Under the pieces are notes generated by a model. It was not told the DNA's origin and did not search any database. It was given only the letters and a program-made list of their open reading frames with translations. This document shows positions 1 to 11,059 of a stretch of DNA of 64,000 bases, one piece after another (the first letter of the stretch is position 1; every line of letters starts with the position of its first letter). This stretch comes from Heterodontus francisci (lineage: Eukaryota), in NCBI RefSeq assembly GCF_036365525.1, contig NC_090373.1, forward strand, positions 53,039,339 through 53,103,338, given 5' to 3'. Made by a program: the position numbers and the translations under genes.

Positions 1-335
1 AGAGTTGCGTATTGGCAGTCCGAAGCAACCAACCATAAGGGGTATTGGAAAAGGTTAGGGAAAAAAGAAATCTTCCTAGATTCTTGGCGGGACAGTTGTC
101 AGGGCCAGATGGGAGATGATATATTCTTCAATAATGACTGTAAAAAAATAGAAAAGTTAATTGTTCAGTGTCAATATTGCTGCTCCTTTGCTTTATTGAT
201 CGATTATTTTTGCTGTGAATCTGATGCATGCAATTCATCTAAAAAAAAACTCAAAGAACAATTGTGACACACATACAAAATGATGGTGTTCAGTGAGGTT
301 CAATAAGGTTGAGAATATTTCGTTGGATGAGTTCC

Positions 336-426
336 AACAACAGCAAACTTGCATTTATATGGCACTTTTAAACATAGAAAAACATTCCAAGGCACCGTGC
401 AGAAGCACAGTCAGACAAAAATAAAA
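336..426 (-). mobile_element. L2-type 3' tail fragment
   Basis: aacttgcatttatatggcactttta...ccaaggcac resembles the tail at 53222-53310. Confidence 0.45.
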
Positions 427-1029
427 ACTTACCCGCCCTACCCTACCCCACGCCGCCAAAAAAAAACTTGAAATCTTCCCATGCCTGGTCACAGGGCACC
501 GAGCCAATTAGGGTTGCTATTTGCAATGGCAGACAACAATCTTCATGAGCAGAGACATGTGGAAGGTAAACTCCAAGAGAGAGGGTGTTGAGTTTCTATA
601 GTAACTGTGCATTGATTATGGACAATTTGTAATGGTACTCAGACACATTTCAACTTGGAAAGTCTTTCTTCACTTCCTCCTGTATATGTGAATTACTCGG
701 CTAATGACCTGCAATCCTACAGCCAGAAAAATCCATCTTTTTTCCTTTTATCTCAGGCAAGGCAATTCCCTACTCTATAATGGCAGCGGCCATTTTAAGA
801 GGAATTGTCCTGTGATTTCACAAAGTTGTTCACTTAGACATTAATTATATTACCGAGCTAGTCTCCCTACAAACCATTTTTCCTCTCAATGAGGTATACT
901 ATTTCCTTGTTATTTTTCTCACAAGTCTAAGAAAAGTACGGTACGTGGCAGATGAGGAAGATGCCAAGAATTCTGGGAAATCAAGTAAAAATATCTGACT
1001 TCAGACTTTTAAAAAAAAACTTCCATTAT

Positions 1030-1385
1030 TTTTCTCATTTTTCTCCTCTCTTCTCCCCAGCTTCATGACTCGTGCAGGGTTATGGTTCCACAGATATCCT
1101 CCGGTCCTCATCTTTGCCTAGATGATGAATATCAGTAGGCCATTTGACTATAAAGGGCATCACAGCTGAGCTTGATCAGCATATTAGTTTTCAGCAGAAG
1201 GTCACTGGACAGTTATCAGAAGCAGAACCCCTCAATTATTTTACCTCACTATAGCCTGGGATGCTGAAGCCAATTGTAATACTTCAATTATGAGAATTCA
1301 GCACAGAACCCATCAACCTAAGAACCCATCTGATCTTAATTTTAGGCCGAGTGATGATTTTAACCTCTAGCTGACTGGGGGAAGC
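1030..1385 (-). repeat. Old interspersed SINE-like repeat (unnamed family)
   Basis: Reverse complement aligns by eye with 4060-4360; related pieces at about 5270-5430 and 40330-40610. Confidence 0.5.
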
Positions 1386-2159
1386 TAGGATATTTTAATT
1401 AAAAAAAAATTACTGGAATTTATTCACTTTTAAATCTAGCAAATTAAAAACATTTACACAACATTAATGGGCTCGGTTTTAGAGTTTTAACTTTTCACCC
1501 TGTTCTCATTATCTTTTATGTCCAGTGTTATAGAGTGCTTTGTTTTAGTTTTCTACTGGGACATTGTATACAGACAGTGCATTAGTTCTTAAATGTCTCA
1601 AAGGAAGAATGAATTGGGAAGTTCTTTATCATCTGATAATCTGAAAATGGTGTCCTGTATTTCTAGACTTCCTCGCACTCACATTGCTCCTATAAGTTTT
1701 ATGTTCTGCGTGTATGCAGGGAAAAGCCGAATGCCTTACAGGCACAACTATACAACACAGTCGAAGCTTGACTGTGGTCTGGGAGTTCTGAAAATATTAC
1801 CATGGGGGCGGGGAAGACCCCTTAAACATAAGATGATGGGGAAAACAGTAGTTCAATCCAGATAATGTTACTAGAACTTTGCACCATGAAAAGCCAAGAA
1901 AATGTCAGTAAAACCCTTGGTAATTTGCCTGACAGAAAAAAAAAAATCAGCTTGACCACCCTGCTGCAAGGGAAATCACAGAGAGTTTGCTGCTATTCAT
2001 ATTGCAGAAGTCATTTACATATACTATGGAAAGAGTTTGATATCGAATCAAAAATATTATGTTTGCTGTTAAAAATAAATAACCAAATAATTGAAGATTT
2101 TTTTTTTTCTATTCTGCCGTGGATTTTCCTACAAACTCCTTTCACAGCTGCGAGCTTCC

Positions 2160-2381
2160 CAGCTGACATTTGTTAAACAGGATGTTTTTTATGGGTCATG
2201 CTTACAATTTTGCTCTTAGATTTGCTGGGCTGGTTCCTTGGGCAGGCTATATCAGCGAGTCAACCTAAAAAACTGTCAAACATTGGTAAACAAGAGCAGC
2301 AATAAAGTTCATCTGTGCGATGGGAGAGCAGGCTCAGGATGATTCCTTGCTCAGTGCTCTGTCTTCCATCATAAGGTAAGA
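2160..2381 (+). promoter_or_regulatory. Candidate COLEC11 promoter and non-coding first exon
   Basis: Strong donor AAG|GTAAGA at 2375/2376, upstream of the acceptor at 3635. Forkhead-type GTAAACA at 2286-2292 and reverse CCAAT at 2282-2286. Motif-only evidence. Confidence 0.4.
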
Positions 2382-3661
2382 GGAGTTTTCAGTCTGCTTT
2401 TGATTCCATACTTAACTAAATATCTGCAATAGTAATTTCCAAATGACAATCCTTGTTCCTATCTGTTAAAAGACAGGAAGAGGGAGCACATTGGCAAAAG
2501 AACATGAGGACTAACAGATTTATTTCAGCAGTTACTAAAGAACGATCGACAGTATTAGAATGCTCTAAATGGGAATCAATTAACTACTCAAATGCTTTGG
2601 AATTTGGGTGTGCTAAAATATTAGTCATTTTTCAAGAATTAGAGTTGGTGATAGAATTTATTTTCAGGAACTGCTTAAAACATTTTGAGAACTCATGGAC
2701 TTGGTTTAATTTTAAGTAATAAAATGTCATTCTGATCGTAATCATTAAATAGCTAAACGTCTGTTCCAGCTTTAATTGTAGAATTCTTAAACTGAGGTAT
2801 TCAGCCTGTCTGATGGTGATTGACTCACTTTGAATTTAGCAATTATCGTTATTCTATTAATGTTTTTTCTAACCAGTTTGGGGACACAGTGCTTTATTAA
2901 TTGAAATACCAAAGTTAAATTCCTATCACAAGACACTGGTTGAAATAGATTGCGACCAGAAAAATTCAGAAGTAGTTTTTCGGGACTAGAAATTCCTGCG
3001 GTAGACTGCTTTGGGGCACAGCTCTGGGTGGTGTGGAACTTCTGCCCATGTCATAGATGTACCCTTATTCTGCAGGCACAGATAACATTGGGGCAAGGGT
3101 GGCTTGGTGGGGGGTGGTGGACAAGGGTGGAATGTGGGATGTGCTGGTGGTGGAACTGGTGGGGCCGTTGGTGGATGACATCATCTCGCCAGTCTTTCCT
3201 TGTGCTGTGATGTCTGGAGAGCAGGGATCAAGTTAGAGGAGCCCACTCCACTTACGGCAGAATTTTGATTAAAAACAGTGATATTAAAGACCTGGTATAA
3301 CTGAGCCCCATATTCCTCTGCCTCCCACTCCGATCAGGTGGCTTTTCACACTTCCATACTGAGGAATACTGAGGCAACTCCAAACTTGGAAAGTAAAAGC
3401 CTGAATATTGACGGATTAATTTGCAGATTTGAGGACTAGGGTGCGGGGGTGGGGAAGAATAAGTTGGAATAAGAGATAGAAGAGGTGAATATAAGAATTT
3501 TGCTTTTAACACTTGCAGGAGTAGAAGAGTGTGTAGGGAAATTCTGAACACTGCTCATATTTAACAAGTTAAAGAATGTGTTTGTTTCATCTCCACTACT
3601 GTGATGGTTATTTATAAAAGAATTTCTGTCTTTAGGAGTCAATGAACTTTTTGTGGACATT

Positions 3662-3791
3662 ATGAACAGTGGACTGTTTTTACTTGTGTTCCAAATTGGC
3701 CTGCTGTTCCTGTCCTTGCTCAGCTCTGGAGAATCTCAACATATAGCAGATGAATCATGCTCAGTACAGATCCTAGTCCCTGGTCTGAAAG
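3662..3791 (+). CDS. COLEC11: Collectin-11 coding exon 1 (signal peptide, N-terminal Cys, first Gly-X-Y)
   Basis: ATG at 3662 reads [44 protein letters not shown]; [12 protein letters not shown] is the CL-K1/COLEC11 N-terminal signature. Acceptor tttag ends at 3635, donor G|gtagt after 3791; 130 nt. Confidence 0.96.
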
Positions 3792-4059
3792 GTAGTTGTA
3801 TATTCAGTTTAAAAGTTTGTGATTTGTGAAGTACTATAGACTGCATTTTATTCCCATTGCGTTTATCACTAAATTCCATTAAATTATAATAGCACTATAA
3901 TTGATGCCATTACACCATGTTAGGTGTTAAACAAGTGGTGTATTTTATTCATCAGCATTGGTGCAGGATTTTTACAGAGTGCAGTGAATGAAGGTGGATA
4001 GAGATTACTGGATGACTTATTTAGTAAATCTAATGCCCATTTGTGAACTAAGCAATGAA

Positions 4060-4360
4060 GATAAAGCTCAGTGCCTTATTTGTGCTGATTTAGTTGATCT
4101 TAGCCGAGGCAGCAGTCGATTTGATAAAGCTGCTGCAGCCTGCTCCTGATTACTATCCAATGAGCCCCATTGGAAGGTGTGTGGATGGTGGTTGAGGACA
4201 GGATTGACTTCAACTATAATTCCCATTACAGTTGAATAGCCTGTTGGCACTCATTGTCAGGTGCACTGATGAGAAAAGGCCACAGGGCAAGATCATGGAG
4301 TTTTGTTGGAACCAATCCCCAATGTAAGTCAGCAACTTCAGGTAGAAATAGTAGGAAATG
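4060..4360 (+). repeat. Old interspersed SINE-like repeat, same family as 1030-1385
   Basis: Shared blocks ctgattactatccaatga, cagttgaatagcctg, tggaacc...gtcagcaacttcagg. Confidence 0.5.
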
Positions 4361-5894
4361 AAGTGAGTGGGAAAATGGTATGTTGCTATTATAGCTGATG
4401 GTTAGGATCACATTCATGCAAAAAATCAGTATTAAAAATCAAATGTAAAGTACAGTACTAGTAGGTGAGAGACCAGCTTTTCCTGGGTAATTCAAAATGC
4501 TTAGCTCCAGTCATTTGTGCAGAGCTATCACAATGTTCTAGAATCCATTACATGTGATGAGATACACCAGGCTTGCTGATATAATTAGAAGCATGGAACT
4601 GACTCATTAAGGTCAACTTTGCAATGAACTGGCACTATTTGTGTGGCTCAGCTAATGCTAGCTGCACTCTGCAGATTACACACTCATTCAAATTTAAGAG
4701 CTCTGGTATGCATGTTCATGTACATGATACATGATGCTACAGGTTCTGTGACTATCTGCATGCACATGCATGTTTCAGAGAGTGGTAGTCTTCTGAGATT
4801 CCGAGAAAAGAGAGGTACATGACTAGTTTAATCTAACTAACACAACTGAGATATGTCAGGTATGGACTGCTGGAGAGTCAGAATTCAAAGTTTATGATTT
4901 AAAGATACCATTAATTAGTCAGTGGGGATGCACTATTGTTAATATATTGACCATTACTGCCACGTCAGAGGTGACAAAACATTGGTTTTCCAAGGCCATT
5001 TTAATTCAGAAAATGATCTGACTACCTCTGGCAGTAGCTACATTTGTTTTTTTTGCTGTCACGCAACTAGGGTGAAAATATTACTTCAATGTTCCTGTGC
5101 TATGTGAATCCATTTATTTCCTAATTCTCCATCTGATATCTAGCATGTTAGAGTATTAGGGTAGACATATCATGCCAGCACAGGGAACTGTAATGTAAAA
5201 GTCGTGGAAGATTTCAATAACCCAGAGGTAAAGTCCAATTATAACAGTGAGATGAAAGTTGAAGTTTTTCTTATTTTCTCCTCTACGGTCTCCTGAATCC
5301 ATTGACACTTTATTGGGCACGGTTCCATGGGCACCAGCTCACCCTCTGATAGATTAGTCATTGTCAAGGGTGATCCTTGACAGTGAGAGCCTGCAGGCTA
5401 TTTGTCATTGTGGATAAGGGCTGGAGGGTGGCTGAGATGCGTAGTTGAGCAGAATACTGTTCTCATCTAATACGTACACATTTACACAGTCACTGAATGC
5501 AATTGGGAGCACGATCGCTAATTTAAATTCACTTTTCATCAGCAAGATAAAATTTGCTGATCCTACCAAGCTGTGTGGCCAGGTGATTAGTGGAAGGAAA
5601 ATTGATAACATTCAGAAACACCTGGACCAATAAGCAATGGACTAAGGAAAGGCTGTTTAATTTTAGCATGAATAAATGTAAGGGAATGTGCAAAGTGGAA
5701 AGGCAAGTGCAAGTATGTTTTCTAATCAGACTTTGAAAATATCCAATCAATGTGAAGCTACTGGATGGGTAATCAAATACTAGATTGTATCTTGAGCAGA
5801 TTTGCATATGCATCAAAACTTGTTTTAACCTTGTATGACTCACAGAATATATTACTACACTTGCACATTCTGAGGAAATCTCCAAGCACTTCAG

Positions 5895-6255
5895 AGACAA
5901 TTAATTACTTTTTGAGGTGTAGTAATTGTTACATAGGCAAAAGCAGCAACCAGTTTGTGCACAGCAAGGTACCACAAACAGCAATGAGATGAATGACCAG
6001 TTAATCTGCTTTTTGGCTGTGTTGGCTGAGAGAGGAATATTTGCCAGAATGCCAGGTGAGCTCCCTGCTCTTGACATAGTCCCATAAGATGTTCCTACAT
6101 CCTGCTGAACAGACAAACAGGACCTCAGTTTTATGTCTCATCTGATTTCAGTACTCCCTCAGCAGTGTGCTGAAGTGTCAGCCTAGATCACGTGCTTAAG
6201 GCCATGACCCTTTAACTCAGTCAAAGTGCTACCCCTGAGTCACAGCTGACACCTC
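5895..6255 (-). mobile_element. DeuSINE (SacSINE1-like)
   Basis: Deu-domain-like core (tttgtgcacagcaag...gaatgaccagttaatctg) plus head ctgaagtgtcagcctagat...cagctgacac; homologous to 57510-57792. Confidence 0.7.
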
Positions 6256-6349
6256 TAGCTTCAAGAGAACACTAATGCTTTGATAAACAGTTCAAAGAAC
6301 AGCAATAAGGATGATTCCAAAACTAAGGGCGCAAGTTATAAGAGATAAT

Positions 6350-6668
6350 TTTTATTTATTTTATTTTTTTATTTAGAGATACAGCACTGAAACAGGCCCT
6401 TCGGCCCACCGAGTCTGTGCCGACCAACATCCACCCATTTATACTAACCCTACAGTAATCCCATATTCCCTACCTACACTAGGGGCAATTTACAACGGCC
6501 AATTTACCTATCACCTGCAAGTCTTTGGCTGTGGGAGGAAACCGGAGCACCTGGGGAAAACCCACGCGGTCACAGGGAGAACTTACAAACTCCACACAGG
6601 CAGTACCCAGAATCGAACCCGGGTCCCTGGAACTGTGAGGCTGTGGTGCTAACCACTGCGCCACTGTG
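6350..6668 (-). mobile_element. tRNA-derived V-SINE (shark HE1-like)
   Basis: Minus strand has A box TGGCGCAGTGG, B box GGTTCGATTC, V-domain CTGTGTGGAGTTTG and a CR1-like tail; close copy at 36467-36796. Confidence 0.88.
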
Positions 6669-7049
6669 ATGAAGCTGAATTTGTTTCATCGCAGAAAAAA
6701 TGATTGAAAGGGGACATGATCTATGAGCTTAAATGCTGAAATAGATCAATAAGTTGATTTAAGCAAGTTATTTAATTTGTGCATAGATATACCTTACTCA
6801 TGATGCAAAAGGCTCAGCACTAGCTTTCAGGCCTGTCCAAAGCAAAATGGCAGCCATTAAAATGAATGGAGCCACTAAGGGACACTTTATTGCCTCCTGC
6901 TGGAGGGAAGGAGAACCAAAACAGCAGGTGGAATAATACAGTAACTAACACTAATATAGCATCTTCCACATAATTAATATCCCAAGGTCCTTCAAAGATG
7001 GGAATAAGGAAAACTGACACTGAATCAAGAAATCAAAGGATTTTTTTAA

Positions 7050-8300
7050 TGGGCTGAAGAGCATAAGAAACAAGAGCCTTTTGGCCCCTTGAGCCTCTTT
7101 ACCATTTAATAAGGTCATGGCTAATCTTTGAACATGATTCCACTTTGCCGCCCCCTCCCCATATGCCTTGATTTCATTAGAGTCCAAAAATCTATTGATC
7201 TCATCCTTGAATATACTCAACGACTGAGCATCTGCAGCCCTCTGGGATAGAAAATTCCAAAGGTTCATAGTGCATTGTGTAAAGAAATTTCTACTCATCT
7301 CCATCCTAAATGGCTGACCCCTTATCCTGAGACGATGACACCCAGTCCTAGCCTCTCCAGCCCGGGGAAAACAGGCTCTCAGCATCTACCCAGTCAAGCC
7401 CTCTCATGTTTCAATGAGATCACCTCTCATTCTTCCAAACTCCAGCGAATATAGATAGGCCCTTTCTATTCAATCACTTTTCAGAGGACAACCCTCTCCT
7501 CAGGAATCAATCTAGTGAAACTTCGCTTCATCCCATCAAAGATGCAGAGAACAAAACTGTGCACAGTGCTCCAGGTGCGGTCTCCCTAAAGCCCTGAACA
7601 ATTGTAGCAAGTCTTTTCTTATTCTGTACTCTTAATTGCTTGCTGTACCAACATGTTAACTTTCTTTATTTCTTATACAAAAACACCCAAGTCCCTCTGA
7701 ACACCAACATTAGATAATTTGTCATCATTTAAAAATATTCTGTTCTGATCAAAGTGAATAACCTCATTTCCCCACATTATCCAACATCTGCTGACTGCTT
7801 GCCCACTCACATAACCTATTTATATCCCTTTGCGGACTCTTTATGTCCTCCTTATTTTATTTTCGGCACCCCACTTGTAAACAGCTTGCCGACCTGAAAG
7901 GGACCTGTTTATTCTTGCTCTCTGCTTTCTGTCCTTTAAGCAATCCTCTTTCCATATTAAACTAATATATTACCTCCAACCCCGCAAGCCCTTATCTTAT
8001 GCCACAACGTTTTGTGTGGCACCTTATCAAATGCCTTCTGAAAATCTAAATGTACAACATCCACTGATTGCCCTTTTTCTACTCTTCTAGTAACATCCTC
8101 CTTAGAGATTTTTCGAACATGATTTCACTTTCATGAAACCATGTTGACTCTGCCTAATCATATAATGATTTTCTAAGTTCTCTGTTGCCACTTCAGTAAT
8201 AATAGATTCCAAAATTTTCCCCATGACTGATATCAGGCTAACTGGCCTGTCGTTCTTTGTTTGCTCTCTCCCTCCTTTTTTGAATAGCACTGTTTACAGT
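7050..8300 (-). mobile_element. CR1 LINE ORF2 remnant
   Basis: Fragments LFKKGGREQTKNDRPVSLISVMGKILESII..QHGF and RNFFTQCTMNLWN. Confidence 0.88.
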
Positions 8301-8799
8301 TACCAGAAAGAAGGACTGTTATTTTAGTAAAAAAAATACATTTGTATATGAGCTCATGATTTCAAGATGGATATCAGAAAGTGCTTTCAAACAAAATCAA
8401 TTCAATTTCCTTCATTTTTAAGACATTAAAGAGATACTGCTGATTTAAACATAATAGTGCCTCTTTGATAGGTGGTCCATATCAGAAATCAATGCTTTTG
8501 TTTAAAACTCATTAATCTGACTGGTTTATGAGTTTATATACCTGGGAATCTATACATCAAGTGAAGGGAAATATAATGAAATTGAGATCTTCTCTGGCTG
8601 GAAGTGTTTTGATGGATTGTGGAAATCAATCTGGAGAAGGAAAGATATCAAAGGATGTTAAAGAAAAGCGTTTAGCACAGACTGCAGCCAATGGTTCTGT
8701 ACGGTGTTGGGAGTTGGGCCATGACAGGGCTGTAAGCAGGCTGTGCTATGCAGAATGTGCACGTTCATAAATGTCAATACTCAGCACAGTGTCAGTGCT

Positions 8800-9840
8800 T
8801 GCTTCAGATTGAAACTATTTAATCCTATCTCCCCTAATATTTTACCTCCAAGTGATTATCTAATTCCTTCTTAAATGCTGTAGTTAATTTGACTTCAATG
8901 ACTCTTTGCATGAAATATATCTTTTAACCACGCCCTTTATGCTTTTACTATTAATTTTACATTTTAAATTTCCTCCAAAAGTTGGCACCGCTGTCAGTGA
9001 AGCACCTTCTAAATACTGCACTGAAATGGCAGCCTAGATTTTGTGCTCGAGTCTTTCATGGCATGTAAACTCACAACCTTCTGACTCAGTGGGAAGAATG
9101 CTACTGGTTGATCCAAGCTGACACTCCGCCCGGTATCACCCTAGTAAATCTGCATTCACTTTTTCTCAGGCTTCAGTATCCTTTCTATGATTGAGTGCCC
9201 AAAACAACTGTAACCTAGTCAACAGATTCACCAATACCTCCTGGCCTTTGTAATTTTCGACCTGCAATTCCGCTTTTGAAAATGTTACCCACATCTCTTC
9301 CTCAATTTCATTGAGAATGTTACCTAATTAGTTTGTATTCCCATTCTGTTTCTTTCCCCAAAATGCACAATTATATTAACCTACACTTACCACAGTTCTA
9401 CCAATTTACCTAACTTGCATTTATCCTCCTGTTTACTTCCTCACCGTTCGCCATGCCTCCTAATTTAGTCGTTCCAGAAAATGCTGATATGTATATCTCT
9501 CTCTGCTGTTGGAGAAGCAAGGAGTCTTAACACAGATCATTGGGACATGCCAATCTGAGAAGCATCCATTTACACGGATCCAGTTACCCTTAATACCTTA
9601 ATCTTTGAAATACATCTCTTATGTAGTACTTACTTAATGCTTTTTTAAAGTCCAGATACATCATATCCACTACATTTCCTTTCTATAAATGCTCAATCAT
9701 TTCCCTGAAGAATTTTATTAATTTAGAGAAGCATGAACTTCCGTTTGCAAACTCACATTGACTGTCCCTAATTAGCCCATGCCTTTCAAAATGTTCATGT
9801 GCTTTCTCTTATCATTGTCTAGCAGTTTGCCTGTTCCTTG
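8800..9840 (-). mobile_element. Highly decayed CR1 remnant with DeuSINE head (about 8990-9125) inside
   Basis: CR1-like blocks (aagtccagatacatcatatccac, gcatgaactt); SINE head matches 6160-6255. Confidence 0.5.
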
Positions 9841-10585
9841 CCTTCATCATAACATACTGATTTAGGAAACTGTCTGAATGAATTATATGAACTGCTTCCC
9901 ATTTTGGCCATTGTTACTGTTGTGTACTGTACTTTTGAATCAACATTACAATCCTATTACTTCTGCAAACCTATTTAAATTGTCAACAAATCTCTTTTTC
10001 TGTTTCTTTCTGACGATTTGGTGGTCTATAATACGGTCAAATATTGCTTCACAGCTGTTATTATTTTCAGGTTAATCCAGAGAAACTCGGTCTGAATATC
10101 ACCTTCGCTACTCTGATATTGAAACAGAGAACAGAGTCACTGACACTAAAATGATGAGAGTGTAGTCTGTGTGCATTATTAGAACATGTTTCAATGAGAA
10201 GAGTGCAATGGTCAGACTTGGGTATTGTATGGCTGGAGGTTGATAACTCAAATGATTATGGAATGGGTTCCAGCTGGGAAAAAGATTATTTAGACAATAA
10301 CAGCTGAGATGGTGGAACTGCTTACTGTTGAGTGGAGGCACAGAGCTTGTGACTAGCAACTTGACAGGGATGTGAAGTGAAAATGAAGAAATGACTTTGA
10401 GTAGAATGAGAAAACACAGATAGGTACCTTGCATTATGATAATCATGGTATCTTAATTATGAAAATTAATGAACTATTTTTTGAGGTGCAGAAAATAAAT
10501 ATAAGTCTAAAAACTAAATTTAAATGGTACTATTTTTAAATGCTTCTTAAACCAAAGACCTATTTTTCACATGGCTGAGGGCTGT

Positions 10586-10941
10586 TTCTTTTCTTTTGGG
10601 CCTCCTTATCTCGAGAGACAATGGATACGCGCCTGGAGGTGGTCAGTGGTTTGTGAAGCAGTGCCTGGAGTGGCTATAAAGGCCAATTCTGGAGTGACAG
10701 GCTCTTCCACAGGTGCTGCAGAGAAATTTGTTTGTTGGGGCTGTTGCACAGTTGGCTCTCCCCTTGCGCCTCTGTCTTTTTTCCTGCCAACTACTAAGTC
10801 TCTTCGACTCGCCACAATTTAGCCCTGTCTTTATGGCTGCCCGCCAGCTCTGGCGAATGCTGGCAACTGACTCCCACGACTTGTGATCAATGTCACACGA
10901 TTTCATGTCGCGTTTGCAGACGTCTTTATAACGGAGTCACG
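10586..10941 (-). mobile_element. RTE-clade LINE 3' end with 9-bp TSD
   Basis: ORF ends FLCSTCGRACHSRIGLYSHSRHC (RTE C-terminal C2H2-like motif); short 3' UTR with a GAA-type tail; gagggctgt duplicated at 10577-10585 and 10942-10950. Confidence 0.85.
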
Positions 10942-11059
10942 GAGGGCTGTATAATGTTAATTTTAAGGTGTAGGAGTCTAGTTGCCTAGTTTCTATATCA
11001 GGTGGCTAAGGTAATATAAAGTTATTGAATATTTTAAAAGTGGAATTCCCATCTATCCA

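Noticed and set aside
1593-3660. Short ORFs upstream of COLEC11
   Set aside because: No recognisable domains or exon structure; lengths are compatible with chance.
6590-6668. tRNA gene (A and B boxes), also at 36720-36796
   Set aside because: It is the tRNA-derived head of a SINE, continuing into a V-domain and LINE tail.
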